A stretch of DNA of 64,000 bases. It comes from an uncultured delta proteobacterium. GTDB taxonomy: Bacteria > Desulfobacterota > Desulfobacteria > Desulfobacterales > QNYZ01. The translations under genes and the position numbers were made by a program. Positions 19,805 through 31,130 of this stretch are shown piece after piece (the first letter of the stretch is position 1; each line of letters begins with the position of its first letter). The stretch covers positions 352,001-416,000 of the forward strand of contig CAWJQU010000005.1 in NCBI GenBank assembly GCA_963845145.1, read 5' to 3'. The notes beneath the pieces were generated by a model. The model had not been told where the DNA came from, did no database searches, and saw nothing but the letters and a program-made list of their open reading frames with translations.

Positions 19805-20938
19805 CAGGCCGCCTTTGCTGTTTTTTGCATATAAAGATTCATAAGTTGTTCAATCGCATCCGTCCAGCACTTGAATTTTTCCGATATCTGTATTGACTCT
19901 GTGCTAAGTTGCGTAACGTCTGCAGCGAGGGCCTTTTGGACAGCCGCCACCAATCCTGCCGTATCACTGGGCGAAAAAACAAAAGGGGTGCGATATCCGG
20001 TCAACAAGTCGTTGGTCCCGCCCTTGGATGCGCCGATCACGATCAGGCCGTTGGTCATTGCTTCCAACGCGGAGATGTGGAATGTTTCATACCCTCCAGG
20101 GGCAATTAGATATGTATGGGCTTTAAAAATGCGCAATAATTGACGCCTATCCCCGATATACCCCATGAATTTTAGCTTCGGACTTTTATGCCATTTAAAA
20201 AAGTCGCGGTATTGCCCATCCCCCACAACGGTTAACTGAAAGCCATCAATTTGAAGCAAAGACGGTAGCGCCTCCATCAGCAGACAAATCCCTTTTTCCG
20301 GTTCCAGCCTACCGATATACAAAAATTTCGAGGATGGCTCCCGTCGCACAAAGCGTTCTGTGCGAAACAGCGGATCGTACCCAAAGGGAACGACGTTCAC
20401 GGTATTAACGCTTTGTGCGTTGAAGATTTCGCTCCATAAACGGTGAGGTGACAATGATTTGCGGAAACTGTTTTTGAAGCCAGTAGAATAGTCGGGCCGC
20501 GACGGCAGTTACGGTCCGCCTGAAAAAGTTGTTGTTTTCTTCAACCCAGGGAGTCAAATTGGAAATTATGGGATCGGTATGAAAAAAATGGGCCAGATGC
20601 CCCCGCAACAATCCTGCTTTATAGCAAAAAATAGCCAGCCAAGGCGTCAACCACGGATCACCGACTTCAATAACATCAGGCGCAATTTGACGGATAAATC
20701 GATATGCGCTGATAAAATCTATTAAAAAACGATACTGCGGATTTATCGAGGGCAACCCATAGAATCCGACTTTCCAAACATTGCGTGCCACCTTTGCCGC
20801 ATATCGTTGTTTGTACGGATAGCACAAATAATAATCATGCTCCGGATGGCGCTCAAACCATTTTATTTTTTGCTGGTGGTACGTTTTTACGCCGCCGCCC
20901 AAATCTGAATAAGAAGTATTTATATCTAGAAAAATCAT
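19804..20938 (-). CDS. GT4-type glycosyltransferase (one frameshift near 20415)
   Basis: GGGVKTYH N-terminus; YIGRLEPEKG and ETFHISALEAM in the second frame. Confidence 0.8.
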
Positions 20939-20939
20939 C

Positions 20940-22099
20940 CTAAATGGAAATTTGCTGTGTATACATAGCAAAAAGCTGTTGTGCCAAACGCGACCAGCTT
21001 TGCGCTTGGGCATGTTTAATTGCTGCGTGACGCATTTGGGCCGATAGGGCCTGCTGGTCAAGCACTTTTTCGATTTTCCGGCAAAAATCATTGCTGTTTT
21101 TGGGCTCGGCCCAATAGCCGGTTATGCGATCCTGAACGATACCCATTGGCCCACCCCGGGCCGCCACTACCGGTATTAGCCCGGAAGCCATTGCTTCCAA
21201 GACGACATTGCCGAATGTTTCCGTTAGGGAGGGGAACAGAAAAACATCGCAGGAGGCATAGATTTTCGACAATGCCGGACCGACTAACTTACCGGTAAAG
21301 ACAGCCCCGGGCATCCGTTGCTGCATTTCGGATCGCGCCGGCCCATCTCCGGTGATGACCATGGTGATATCAGGCCGTTGGATACGAAAATACCGATATA
21401 TTCGGATAACGGTTTCGATCTCTTTTTCCCACACGAGCCGACTAACAAAAAGGACCCTTTTTTTCCCTGCCCCGTCAATATGTCAATAAACGCGCGATCT
21501 TGAAATGCCGGATTGAATTTTTGGGTGTCGATGCCGCGCCCCCATAGCGTCAGCCTGTTTTTACCGATACCCCAGGTCAACAGTTCATCCAAGATATTTG
21601 CAGTGGGGACCAATGCCATTGCGCATTGGTTGTAGAACCAGGCCATGTAACGTTTGGCTATGGTTTCGGATATACGTGGCAGGCCATACAAAGATTTGAG
21701 ATAGTAATCAATGTAAGAAACAAAGTGGGTGTGATAAGATGCCACCACTGGAATGTGTTTCTTTTTACCATAATGCAAGGCCCATAGCCCAAGGGTGAAG
21801 GGTGCCACAAAATGGAGTATATCCGGCTTAAATTGGTTCAATGCAGCCTTAAGGTCATTATTAAACCAGGGGATTGCGATCGGATAGTCCTTGTATAAAG
21901 GAAACGCTATCCCCGGGATGGTAATTATGGGAAAGGGAAAACGTTGACAGTCTTGGGGCGGCTCCGGAGTAACGAAAAGGTAATCAACCTTGTCTGGATC
22001 GACATTGTGGGCGATTTGAAAAATAGTATGCGTGACCCCATCCTGGTTCTCCCTGAGGATATCTGCAAAAAAGGCTATTTTTATTTTTTGAATTGCCAT
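20940..22099 (-). CDS. GT4-type glycosyltransferase (frameshift in an A-run near 21460)
   Basis: DGVTHT, ASYHTHF, WGRGID; then FPSLTETFGNVVLEAMASG. Confidence 0.82.
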
Positions 22100-22223
22100 A
22101 ACAGTGTTATAGATCTTAGATAATATAAAAAAGCCTATCCGCTTAACAATCCAGATGGTTCGCGCCTATTTATCATATGCGGCGTCGGAAAGCCACGATG
22201 AATGGATCGAATGGGAGGGACGC

Positions 22224-23207
22224 TTGAAATCGGTAATGCTAACAGGTGCCAGTGGATTTGTCGGATCGCATATCGCCGAAGCCCTGCTCCGGATGGAGTT
22301 GAAGCCGCGAATATTTGTTCGGCAAAGAACCTCTCTAATTGATTCACTGGAGAAAAAAGGGGCAAGAATTTTCGTAGGCACCGGCCCGGATGATCTGATT
22401 GTAATACGAAAATCCCTTGAGGGGGTGGATGTCGTTATCCACTGTGCCGCTGCTGTGAAGGCGATCTGCCAAGAAGACTACACCTGGGCCAATGTATCAT
22501 TTACAGAAAACATATTGCGCCTTTTAAATAAAAATCAACGATTGGTTTTTATTAGTTCCCAAGCCGCTGCAGGCCCATCCAATCACAATCCTCCGGTCAA
22601 TGAAAAACAAAAACCGCACCCGATAAACGAGTACGGCGTAAGCAAACTTCAAGCTGAAACGATAATCCATAGATGGGGATACACGCACAACGAAAATTAT
22701 ATCATTCTCAGGCCGTGTTCGGTGTTTGGACCCAGGGAAAAGGACTTCTACCTCCTTTTTAAATCGATTAAAAAAGGTTTGTGCATGCTACCGGGTAATG
22801 GCCGTCAAAGGCTGTCTATCATCCATGTGGACGACCTGGTCAGAGCCGTATTGACCGCCGCTGTAACGGAAAAACGCGGCCAAACCTATTTTGTTTCAAA
22901 CGATGAGCCCTGCACATGGGTGCAAATCGGTGACACCATTAAAACCGCGCTAAATAAGTCCATGGTGTTAACATTAAAACTACCGGTTTCCATCGCAAGT
23001 CCATTAAGTCGGTTGTTTGATGCAATCGTTCCGCTTACCGGCAAACCGAGTTTATTGAGCTATCAAAAAGTAATAGAAATGAAACAGACGGCCTGGGTCT
23101 GCAGCAATCTCCGTATCAAACAGGATCTGGCCTGGCGGCCTGGCCTGACATTGAAACAAGGAATTGAGACAACAGCCAATTGGTACCTTCAAGAAAAATG
23201 GTTATAG
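22224..23207 (+). CDS. NAD-dependent epimerase/dehydratase (extended SDR); candidate ceramide reductase
   Basis: TGASGFVG, SSQAAAGP, YGVSK; TTG start after GGGAGG. The CerR role is inferred from context only. Confidence 0.8.
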   Translation: MKSVMLTGASGFVGSHIAEALLRMELKPRIFVRQRTSLIDSLEKKGARIFVGTGPDDLIVIRKSLEGVDVVIHCAAAVKAICQEDYTWANVSFTENILRLLNKNQRLVFISSQAAAGPSNHNPPVNEKQKPHPINEYGVSKLQAETIIHRWGYTHNENYIILRPCSVFGPREKDFYLLFKSIKKGLCMLPGNGRQRLSIIHVDDLVRAVLTAAVTEKRGQTYFVSNDEPCTWVQIGDTIKTALNKSMVLTLKLPVSIASPLSRLFDAIVPLTGKPSLLSYQKVIEMKQTAWVCSNLRIKQDLAWRPGLTLKQGIETTANWYLQEKWL

Positions 23208-23235
23208 TCGAAAGTCTTTTTTCAGACCAGCGCTT

Positions 23236-24348
23236 CTAATAAAAATAGTCCTTCGATGCCCGTTCGTTAAAATCGATAGCGCCTTGGATCAAACTGTTAA
23301 ATATCGAAGGCGGTAGCTCAATAAGCGCTAACTTTTCAAGGGCCCTTACGGTTGCTTTGCGTGGTATGGGCTTCAGCAACACCAATTCTCCCATCAGCGC
23401 GCCTGGGCCAAGTTCAGCTACGGCGATTTGTCGCCCATCGAGATTTCGAACAACCTCTGCGCGTCCGGATTTGATATAGTAGAACTTGTCCTTTATTTCA
23501 CCGTCCTTGATAACTGTTGCACCCGGCGAAAATAATTTCGGCTCAACTTTATCAGCAACGCTTTTGATAATAGGCGGAAGCGCACCTTGAAGGGTGTTCA
23601 CTTTTCCAATGACGAGGGAATCTTTCACGATAGCGTCGGATATAATATGCCCATCCACCAATTTGATGACCCGGTCGGCGACATCCAGGATACGATTGTC
23701 ATGGGTTACTATCAGTATGGTGCAGTTGTGTTCCTGGGCCCTTTTGCGAAGAATCTTTACCACATGCCGCCCCGCATCCTTATCCAAGGCGGCGGTAGGC
23801 TCATCAGCCAGAATAATTTGGGGATTATTGATCAGCGCCCTACCGATGGCCACGCGTTGTCGCTGGCCTTCTGAAAGCGCAACCGGTTTGTGATTCATCC
23901 GTTCCGCCAATCCGAGTTCCATCAGTATTTCCACCGGCCTTTTTTCCCGTTCTTTTTTTGGATAGTCATGCAATTGCATGCCCAATAAGAGCGTTTGGCG
24001 GGCGGTGAGCGACCCAAACAAATTATGGGTTTGGAAGATAAAACCGATATTTTTGCGAACTTGCTGTAACGCCTTACCGCCCATGCCACAAAGCTCCTTG
24101 CCCATCACTTCAAGGTGTCCTTTCTGCACGGAACGCAGCCCGCCGATAAGGCTTAAAAGCGTGGTTTTGCCTGATCCGGACGGGCCGGTCACCAAAACAA
24201 CTTCACCCGGGTATACAGTCAAATCGACGTTAAAAAGCACTTGTATACAGTTGTCCTGCTCACCAAAACGATAATTGAGCCCGGCCACCTTAATTGTGGG
24301 CTCAAAGTTGTTATTCTTCTTCTGATCCATGAGATTGGTACGATTCAT
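23236..24348 (-). CDS. DevA-type ABC ATPase with C-terminal cNMP-binding domain
   Basis: GPSGSGKTT, LSEGQRQ, ADEPTAALD; tail GALMGELVL..PRKATVRA. Confidence 0.85.
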   Translation of the reverse strand: MNRTNLMDQKKNNNFEPTIKVAGLNYRFGEQDNCIQVLFNVDLTVYPGEVVLVTGPSGSGKTTLLSLIGGLRSVQKGHLEVMGKELCGMGGKALQQVRKNIGFIFQTHNLFGSLTARQTLLLGMQLHDYPKKEREKRPVEILMELGLAERMNHKPVALSEGQRQRVAIGRALINNPQIILADEPTAALDKDAGRHVVKILRKRAQEHNCTILIVTHDNRILDVADRVIKLVDGHIISDAIVKDSLVIGKVNTLQGALPPIIKSVADKVEPKLFSPGATVIKDGEIKDKFYYIKSGRAEVVRNLDGRQIAVAELGPGALMGELVLLKPIPRKATVRALEKLALIELPPSIFNSLIQGAIDFNERASKDYFY

Positions 24349-24410
24349 ATGTGACCATCATTTATTTACTGAGCCTTCATCAGAAACCAATATACAACGC
24401 ATTCGTAAAA

Positions 24411-25556
24411 TTAAAAGAGGGCAGCCGGATCCGTTCTGGTCACTTTTTTAACAGCAATCAATCCGGCAAAAATACACATAAAAACAGTCAAACCAAGGAC
24501 AATGGCAATTCTACCGGGCGTTAAAAACATCCAGATTCCGGTAACGGTTTCAATAACATGATAGAGCATGTACCCGCTGATCAAGCCCGGTATAAAACCG
24601 AGGATTGAAAGCCACAACGCTTCTTTGATCACGATGTTTTGCAAAAATCCATCCGTAAAACCCATGGCCCGCAACGTGGCGTACTGGGGGATATGATCAT
24701 TTATTTCATTATATAAAATCTGGTAACAAATGATTACCCCGATTGTAAAACCGATCACCAATCCGATCCCGAAAATCACGCCAACCGGCACGGCCTTGAT
24801 TGTGTACCGCACTTCGCGTTCGCGCATTTCTTCTGGCGTCAAAAGGACAATATCCTTGGGCAACTGGTTCAGCATGTTCTGTTTCAACGCTACCACATCC
24901 TTTCCCAATGCAACACGGATCAAACCATAGGAGATACTCGCTATATTCTGGTTTCGGCGTGTACGCAGCCATGATGCATCCGACATGACGACTGTTCCGT
25001 CGAAACTGAAATTCGGTCCTAAAGACACAAAGCCGCCCACTCGGAAAAGGGTGTTGTTTATTTCGATATCCTGACCGATTTCGATTTTGCCAAATATCTT
25101 ACGCGATTTTTGATCAAAAAGAACCGTTCCCGGTTTACGCAGTTCTCTTTTGTATTGTTCATATAGAGGCAGATCGAGTGGATCGGAATCGGGAGGGAAG
25201 GCGATCATGAACATCCGCTTGGTCAAACCGGTATTTGGATTTTTCATGTTCACCATGGACTTATATAGCGGCGCCACTTCAACAACGCTTTCAAAAGCCA
25301 ACGCCTGACTGAGGTGAATACGATGCATCTGGTTAGATTTGTTTAAATGAATACTGTGCTGATCCATCATAATTAGGTCGGCGCGGAAAATCGAGGGTAA
25401 GCGGGATTGACTGTCGTTAATCCCGTTAAAAAAACCCAATTCCATGAACATGACCAGCACGGTAAATGCTATGGCGCTAAGCGAGAGTAGTAAACGCTTT
25501 TTATTATGGAGCAGCAGGCTGGTCGCCATTGACAACTTATGGGGGGCCCGCAGCAT
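24411..25556 (-). CDS. DevC-type ABC permease
   Basis: LMFMELGF, ICYQILY, YATLRAMGF, DPAALF. Confidence 0.85.
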   Translation of the reverse strand: MLRAPHKLSMATSLLLHNKKRLLLSLSAIAFTVLVMFMELGFFNGINDSQSRLPSIFRADLIMMDQHSIHLNKSNQMHRIHLSQALAFESVVEVAPLYKSMVNMKNPNTGLTKRMFMIAFPPDSDPLDLPLYEQYKRELRKPGTVLFDQKSRKIFGKIEIGQDIEINNTLFRVGGFVSLGPNFSFDGTVVMSDASWLRTRRNQNIASISYGLIRVALGKDVVALKQNMLNQLPKDIVLLTPEEMREREVRYTIKAVPVGVIFGIGLVIGFTIGVIICYQILYNEINDHIPQYATLRAMGFTDGFLQNIVIKEALWLSILGFIPGLISGYMLYHVIETVTGIWMFLTPGRIAIVLGLTVFMCIFAGLIAVKKVTRTDPAALF

Positions 25557-25558
25557 GA

Positions 25559-26686
25559 TTAGGATAGCTCCGCAGGGTCTGTTCGCCGGACTTTCTGAAG
25601 TCCCAAAAGACAAGAAATGATGCACATCAATAGGTTGACAAAAAAGACATAAAGGATCAGGGACAGCGTCATGTCCATTGGCAAACGTGAAAGTAAGTGG
25701 GTAATCCGAAATACGATAATCGCTATAACCAAAGCGGGTACAAAACTCAGCAGCGCATAAATCAATGCCTGTACTACACCGATTCTATAAATGTACCAGT
25801 CACTGAAACCGATCGCTTTCAAGGTGGCAAATTCATCCAACCGATTTGAAATATCGGTATTCAGAACCTGAAGCAAAATCACGATCCCCGCAAAAAAAGC
25901 GACGATTACGCCGGACTGGAAAATTATGCCCACAGGCTTGACCGATATAAAATAATCTTGCTCCTTGCGGATCATTTCTGTTTTAGAGTAGATGAAAACA
26001 TCATTAGGCAGCATTACCCGAAGCTGTGTCACAACATTCGCAACATCCGACCCTGGGTTTAAGCGCAGAAAACCATAGTTTACCCTTCGAGGATCGTTGC
26101 GCGACAACCGGGCAAAATTGTCATTGCTGACAATGACGCATCCTTCGGAAAAAAGGCCTACTCCCAATCGAAAGTGGCCGGCAATCGTTACCGGTGTTTG
26201 GTTAACCTCGACTTCTCTTCCAATAGACAGATCGCCATAGGCCTTATGAGAGTACAAATCGACCAAAACTGTGTGGTTAGATCGAATATTGCGCATCCCA
26301 GTTCTGATTAAACCATTTTTTATAAAGCGTTGTTCCAAGGGAATGCCAAGAATGATAAGCCGGCTGGTAGCCCCGGTATCCTTATCCTTCCATCTACCAT
26401 TGGAAAAAGACATACTTGCAGCGGCTTGCACGTCTTGTTGTGCGAGCGCCTGTGTTAAGCGTATCCTGTCAAACGATCCTGGGGTGGCCAGATATGTATA
26501 CTTTTCAGAGACAATGCCGATATCATAATCGAAAATCTCAAAAAATGATGCTGTCGCAGTTTTACCGCCCTGTAAAAAACCCAGCTGCATAAAAACCAGT
26601 AAGATTGAAAAACTGATCCCGCACACGGCCGCGGTCGTACGCCGCTTATTTTGGAAAACATTATGCCATGCCAACGGAACGTTCAT
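25559..26686 (-). CDS. DevC-type ABC permease (second paralog)
   Basis: VPLAW, LVFMQLGF, QVLNTDIS, FATLKAIGF, DPAEL. Confidence 0.85.
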   Translation of the reverse strand: MNVPLAWHNVFQNKRRTTAAVCGISFSILLVFMQLGFLQGGKTATASFFEIFDYDIGIVSEKYTYLATPGSFDRIRLTQALAQQDVQAAASMSFSNGRWKDKDTGATSRLIILGIPLEQRFIKNGLIRTGMRNIRSNHTVLVDLYSHKAYGDLSIGREVEVNQTPVTIAGHFRLGVGLFSEGCVIVSNDNFARLSRNDPRRVNYGFLRLNPGSDVANVVTQLRVMLPNDVFIYSKTEMIRKEQDYFISVKPVGIIFQSGVIVAFFAGIVILLQVLNTDISNRLDEFATLKAIGFSDWYIYRIGVVQALIYALLSFVPALVIAIIVFRITHLLSRLPMDMTLSLILYVFFVNLLMCIISCLLGLQKVRRTDPAELS

Positions 26687-26793
26687 ACAAAAATCCTTCA
26701 GCTCAAACATATAATCAACGCGGTGATGAATCGCATCAGCAGGGCTCTTGTCGAATTGGCGATCGGTGAGATCCGGGTGCAGAGCGGGATCGA

Positions 26794-27801
26794 TTAAAGC
26801 TCAATTGATATATCAACTTCCAGGCCAATCAGTTTGGAAGCCAGTTTGGAATCTTCGAGGCGAATCCTTACCTTGGCTGTGCGGGATTGGGTTGAAATCA
26901 AACTTCCGATGGTTTCGACTTTTCCCACTAAAGGTTCGGGGAGTGCACTGCTGGTTATTTTGGCCTGTAGGCCGGGTGATAGCTTCAGCAGGTCGCCCTG
27001 GAACACTTCCGCGATCACGGACATATTTTCCAAATCCGCCATTTTAAGGATGGGGTGAGGCCCGGTCGTCTCCCCCACATGCTGAAATACTTCTAAAATC
27101 GTACCCTTAATTGGGGCTTTTAGGGTCGATAGGTCAAGCTTCTGTTTGAGCACTTGCAGATTGCTTTCAGCACGTTGCACCTTCAAATGCCAACTTTTTT
27201 TTTGCCGTGCAAGCTCTTGTTTGGCTTGGGACAAATTAATAGTTTGCTCCTGTTTTAGCCGGCTTAGCTCTTTTTCAACGGTATTTAGTTTGAGGCCGGC
27301 AGCTGCAAGCACATGTTTACGCTTGGCCATCTGGGCCCCGGACAACGTGTCACCTCCTACTGCATTAAAACGCTTGAAACTTTGTAAGGCGAAATCATAA
27401 TCCTCCTGGGCCGCACGGACCTCGAGTTCTTGTAGAGCGATCGTGATTGTACCCAATTCGGAGACTTCCCGGACTTTCATTTCCTGAAGCGCAATGGTCT
27501 GTGTACCGATTATTTTGGCTTCTTCAAGTGCGATTTGCGCCAGCGCCAGCTCCCCCTCCAGCAGCTTATTGTCCTCAAGAACGGCCAATAAAGCACCTTT
27601 TTCGACGGTGTCACCCTCTTTGGCATGGATGGCTGCAATCCGACCATTGGCGGGCGCCACCAGGTGAACCACTCCGCTGCCGGGCATGATGTGGCCCAGG
27701 GCACCTACTTTCTCACCTTCGGCAGCATATGAACCAAAAGTCCAAAAAAGGATAAGTAAAAAAAAGAAGGGACCTGTATATGACTTAAAGAGTTTTCGCA
27801 T
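26794..27801 (-). CDS. DevB-type membrane fusion protein
   Basis: VGALGHIMP, KEGDTVEKG, coiled coil, KAPIKGTIL, AEVFQGD. Confidence 0.82.
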   Translation of the reverse strand: MRKLFKSYTGPFFFLLILFWTFGSYAAEGEKVGALGHIMPGSGVVHLVAPANGRIAAIHAKEGDTVEKGALLAVLEDNKLLEGELALAQIALEEAKIIGTQTIALQEMKVREVSELGTITIALQELEVRAAQEDYDFALQSFKRFNAVGGDTLSGAQMAKRKHVLAAAGLKLNTVEKELSRLKQEQTINLSQAKQELARQKKSWHLKVQRAESNLQVLKQKLDLSTLKAPIKGTILEVFQHVGETTGPHPILKMADLENMSVIAEVFQGDLLKLSPGLQAKITSSALPEPLVGKVETIGSLISTQSRTAKVRIRLEDSKLASKLIGLEVDISIEL

Positions 27802-27864
27802 GGCATAATCGTCTTGTTGTGATGATCGGAAGAGCAACTGATCCACTTAGCCTGATATTATGGT

Positions 27865-29367
27865 CTAATGAATCGGCGGCAATTCCATCAAATTATTCAT
27901 CTGAAAAAGTACCTCATCTTCGCTGTCTTTAAAAATCGTTCTCGTAACAAACCGCAGTCTTACGAGAGCGGTGGCATACTTCTGCAGGGCTCTGACATGA
28001 GTAATGCGGGCTTCGGTATAATTTTGGTCCAGCCTGATCAAATAGGTTAAGCTCCCGGCGCCGTTAGTTATTTTGACTCGCTCTTGCTTAACCGATGCAA
28101 GATACGCCTCTTTGGACTGCCGAGCTAAATTTATCTCCTTAACCGAAGATCGCAACATCTCAATTGCTTCGGCGATCTGGGCGAGAATCACATTTGCCAA
28201 TTCAGAAGACCGCAGTTTGGATTCATTTTTTTTCGACAAACGATGGCGAATTTCGCCTTGGGCAAAACGGTTAGACAGGGGCAATTCGACATTCACTTTG
28301 CCTTGTATGACCGGACCGGACAGGCTTTCGTGCGATGGGCCCAGGAAGCTATCAAAAAGTGTTTCGTCCACCTCGGCATAACCACTATCCAATGTGAAAT
28401 CGACACGTGGCTTTTTATCATTGCGGGCCTTGTGCAACAAGACATCCTGTGCATCAATTCGTTTCAAAGAGGCCTGATAATCACCCCTTTTTTTCAAGGC
28501 CTGACGGCCATAAATCTCAACCAATGCATCATTCACATCCTCCGGCTTAATTAGAGGTGGAAAAAATCCTACGGCCAGCGGAGATGAGGCCGTATTCGCC
28601 GGACCGTCCCCCATGCTCACAGCCAAAGCCTGACGGGCCCTGAAGAGATTCAATCGGCCTTGTCCAACATCCACCTTAATTTTGTAAAAACGGCCGGTGG
28701 CCTCGCCAAGATAGACAGGGTTTAACTCCCCCCCATCAACCAACAATTGCACCAGATCGACAATTTCCCGGCTGCGTCTTTCGGAATCGTCTAAGATTTC
28801 AAAAATTTGTGATGCCCCGAGGCACTCCCAGAAGCGGGTGGCGGTTTGGGTCACGCGCGCAGTAACGTTGTGTTTCGACAGATACTTAGATGCGGTCCAG
28901 TTGATATTGGCCGCAAGTTCTTCGGCCCTTGCGTTCCTTGAACCTAAACCGCGTAACAAGGGGATACGTATCCTTAAGTTGACTGCCGCCCCGCTGCGTT
29001 CAATAAATTGGGATGAAATTTTACTACTCTCAAAATTTGAGAATGACGGCGTGATTTCAATACCGCTACGAAACCGTTTGGTTGCCCCAAAAGATGTGTT
29101 TACCGAAACATCATTGTCTTCTTCAAAGGATGATGCCGCACTGCCGAAAACGAGCCAATCGAAGGCTCCGGCAGTTTTGGTCAAAAGCGCCCGGCTCTGA
29201 TTTACTTTTTCTTTTTCAACTTGAACACCCGGATTGAGCTCAAGGGTCCTAACGATCGCATCTGCTAAGGTAATCGTCTCTCTGGCTGCCATAAGTGATT
29301 GATGACCAATAAGAAATTGACTCACCAGAACGAAAAACAATGCAGTTTTTTTAGATAACTTTTTCAT
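27865..29367 (-). CDS. TolC-family outer membrane protein
   Basis: Signal peptide, TLADAIVRTLELNP, IPLLRG, two OEP-like halves. Confidence 0.82.
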   Translation of the reverse strand: MKKLSKKTALFFVLVSQFLIGHQSLMAARETITLADAIVRTLELNPGVQVEKEKVNQSRALLTKTAGAFDWLVFGSAASSFEEDNDVSVNTSFGATKRFRSGIEITPSFSNFESSKISSQFIERSGAAVNLRIRIPLLRGLGSRNARAEELAANINWTASKYLSKHNVTARVTQTATRFWECLGASQIFEILDDSERRSREIVDLVQLLVDGGELNPVYLGEATGRFYKIKVDVGQGRLNLFRARQALAVSMGDGPANTASSPLAVGFFPPLIKPEDVNDALVEIYGRQALKKRGDYQASLKRIDAQDVLLHKARNDKKPRVDFTLDSGYAEVDETLFDSFLGPSHESLSGPVIQGKVNVELPLSNRFAQGEIRHRLSKKNESKLRSSELANVILAQIAEAIEMLRSSVKEINLARQSKEAYLASVKQERVKITNGAGSLTYLIRLDQNYTEARITHVRALQKYATALVRLRFVTRTIFKDSEDEVLFQMNNLMELPPIH

Positions 29368-29412
29368 GTTTATTCCGTATGATCCTCAAACCATACCGTG
29401 TTGCACCAATCA

Positions 29413-30537
29413 CTATAGGCTTTTCTGGTAAACCCGATAGCGCTTGCATACTTTGCCGCCCATCCATTTACTTACTGCTCTCATTTTGTCATTCGTCTCC
29501 ATTTGATGGTGTGTATCGATGACCTTTATACCCGCCTGCTGAGCAGAATGGTACATAGCCATCGACATCAGAACATCGCCGCCCAGACCGCGAAACTCTT
29601 CCTTGATTGCACCGAGCAAAAGATCAAGCTGCTGGGAATTTTTTCGGGCCTTTAAAATTTTGAAAAGCCCCAATGGAAACAGATATCCTTTAGATGCTTG
29701 AATGCCTTTGGTTATGTCGGGCATACCGATGATAAATCCGACATATTCATCTCCACTTTTTAGGACTTTTAGAAATTTAGGATCGATAAGGGGTAAGTAG
29801 CGTTTGATAAGAATATCCATCTCACGATTGTCCATGGGAGCGAAGCCATAGATATTGCTACGCGCATAACACTCATTCATCAGCTCAAATATAGGTTTTG
29901 CCAATCGTCGAATCGCTTTTTTATTATGCACCTCGACCAGTTTAAAATGCCCTCTTTTTTGAACCCGGCTAAAGACCCTATCAATCATTTCAGGTACTTG
30001 GGGTGGAATATCGACTTTGTAAGTAACATAATCAATATCTTTGGTATACCCATGCTGCGACACCAATTTAGGCATCCACTCAAAGTTATAATAGGTGGCA
30101 ATGGTGGCACGCCGCCCAAAGCCCTCAATTAAAAATCCCTCCAGGTCCTGGTCGGAAAAGCCGTATGGGCCAATAATTTTTTTCATCCTTTTGTTGCGGG
30201 CCCAGTTTTCAACATACTCCAGCAATGCTCCCACCGAATGCGTATCCTGCCAGGTTTCAAGAAGAGAAAAGCGCGCTGATTTTTCGTTTCTAAGCCGGTT
30301 ATAGCGGTGATTTATGATACCCATTATGCGACCGACAACCCGGCCATTTTTACGGGCCAAGGCCAAGGTAGTATCACAATAGGAAAAGGCTGTGTTTGTT
30401 CGGGGACTGAGTGTCAGCCATTCATCTATATAAATCGGCGGAACCCAGAATTTGTGATCGGTATGAATTTTTGCAGGTAAATGGATGAACTGATATAATT
30501 GTCGACGATTGGTTACCGGACAGATTTTCAGGGTCAT
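29413..30537 (-). CDS. GNAT-fold protein resembling bacterial ceramide synthase (bCerS/YghO-like)
   Basis: FIHLP..WVPP, VVGRI, IIGP, GFLIEGF, YN..W, GFAP, GYLFPLG, ETN..M, K.YRVY. Confidence 0.72.
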   Translation of the reverse strand: MTLKICPVTNRRQLYQFIHLPAKIHTDHKFWVPPIYIDEWLTLSPRTNTAFSYCDTTLALARKNGRVVGRIMGIINHRYNRLRNEKSARFSLLETWQDTHSVGALLEYVENWARNKRMKKIIGPYGFSDQDLEGFLIEGFGRRATIATYYNFEWMPKLVSQHGYTKDIDYVTYKVDIPPQVPEMIDRVFSRVQKRGHFKLVEVHNKKAIRRLAKPIFELMNECYARSNIYGFAPMDNREMDILIKRYLPLIDPKFLKVLKSGDEYVGFIIGMPDITKGIQASKGYLFPLGLFKILKARKNSQQLDLLLGAIKEEFRGLGGDVLMSMAMYHSAQQAGIKVIDTHHQMETNDKMRAVSKWMGGKVCKRYRVYQKSL

Positions 30538-30573
30538 CTGAGTTTCCTGTAGGCAAAAGGCGACACTGGAGTA

Positions 30574-30828
30574 TTAGTTTTCCGGTAGAATATCATAAAT
30601 ATAATCGACAACGTCTTTGACAGTTTTAAAATTAACCATTTCCTCATCCGGAATTTCGAGGCCGTACTGGTCTTCGATCTGGAATAGCATTTCCACCGCG
30701 GCAAAGGAATCCATTCCCAGATCATCCACCAGCAACAATTCAGGTCTGATGGCTTTTTCATTAAAATGCAGCAGTGTGGCTAAAACCTGTATGACCTTCT
30801 TTTCAATTTGATTTTCGATTTCGCTCAA
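30574..30828 (-). CDS. Acyl carrier protein
   Basis: DLGMDSF phosphopantetheine site, TVKDVVDYI; TTG start after GGAGGA. Confidence 0.9.
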   Translation of the reverse strand: MSEIENQIEKKVIQVLATLLHFNEKAIRPELLLVDDLGMDSFAAVEMLFQIEDQYGLEIPDEEMVNFKTVKDVVDYIYDILPEN

Positions 30829-30944
30829 GCTATATTCCTCCGATAATTGTACCTTCCGGCAAAAAAACATGAGATCCATTATCATATCCGATATATGCTG
30901 ACAATATGCCTGTAGACATGCCTAACGTTGCTTAAAATATCAAA

Positions 30945-31125
30945 TGAGCCAATTTCAAAACGTCCCATTTTGCCCAATCTCTGCGTCATGCTCAATTTTT
31001 AATCCTCGAAATACTCTATGTATTCACCCCAAGGGCACTTCCTTCGGGGCGCCTGTGGTTAATCCGCCTGGGGCGGATCGCCATCCTTGGCCTTGAACAA
31101 ACTGAAACGTTTTGAAAATGGTTCA
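30945..31125. mobile_element. MITE-like element with 19-bp imperfect terminal inverted repeats and nested palindromes
   Basis: TGAGCCAATTTCAAAACGT ... ACGTTTTGAAAATGGTTCA (2 mismatches). Confidence 0.65.
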
Positions 31126-31130
31126 AGTAA

